18,777 nt of DNA, taken from positions 1-18,777 of the forward strand of contig JBEKSD010000020.1 in the NCBI GenBank assembly GCA_049517335.1. The letters are read 5' to 3'. Positions 18,717 through 18,777 of the stretch are shown here, piece by piece. The notes beneath the pieces were generated by a model. The model worked only from the letters and a program-made list of their open reading frames with translations. It was not told the origin of the DNA and made no database searches. Made by a program: the position numbers and the translations under genes. Numbering within the stretch: position 1 is the first letter of the stretch; each line of letters opens with the position of its first letter. This DNA is from Candidatus Omnitrophota bacterium (GTDB taxonomy: Bacteria > Omnitrophota > Gorgyraeia > Gygaellales > Profunditerraquicolaceae).

Positions 18717-18777
18717 TTGCTAACCTCCTTAAATAAAACTATCAAAGCCTTAAGATTATCCCTATAAGAAAACAAAA

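Overview
All supported genes in this 18.8 kb window lie on the minus strand, in two blocks. The first (18716 to 9011) is a compact housekeeping run: rplU-obgE-proB-proA-nadD-rpe-PGM/PMM-plsC-rpsA-tyrS. The second, after a 290 bp intergenic region with a sigma70-like promoter, is a surface-polysaccharide nucleotide-sugar cluster: rmlA, a plant/giant-virus-type 3,5-epimerase/4-reductase in place of rmlC+rmlD, rmlB, a SemiSWEET transporter, a CDP-paratose-2-epimerase-like SDR, wzz, gmd, fcl and rfbF. It ends with an out-of-frame rfbG'::'rfbH deletion scar and a GNAT-like ORF running off the edge. The main non-obvious signals are: (i) tiny palindromic inserts, two bounded by exact 9-11 bp direct repeats at gene junctions and one in-frame inside fcl; (ii) apparent decay of the CDP-dideoxyhexose branch; (iii) a eukaryote-like rhamnose pathway; (iv) no rpmA between rplU and an Obg with a shortened N-domain loop. 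The style suggests a PVC-group bacterium such as Ca. Omnitrophota, but that is unverified inference. All homology calls come from motif recognition by eye; no searches were run.
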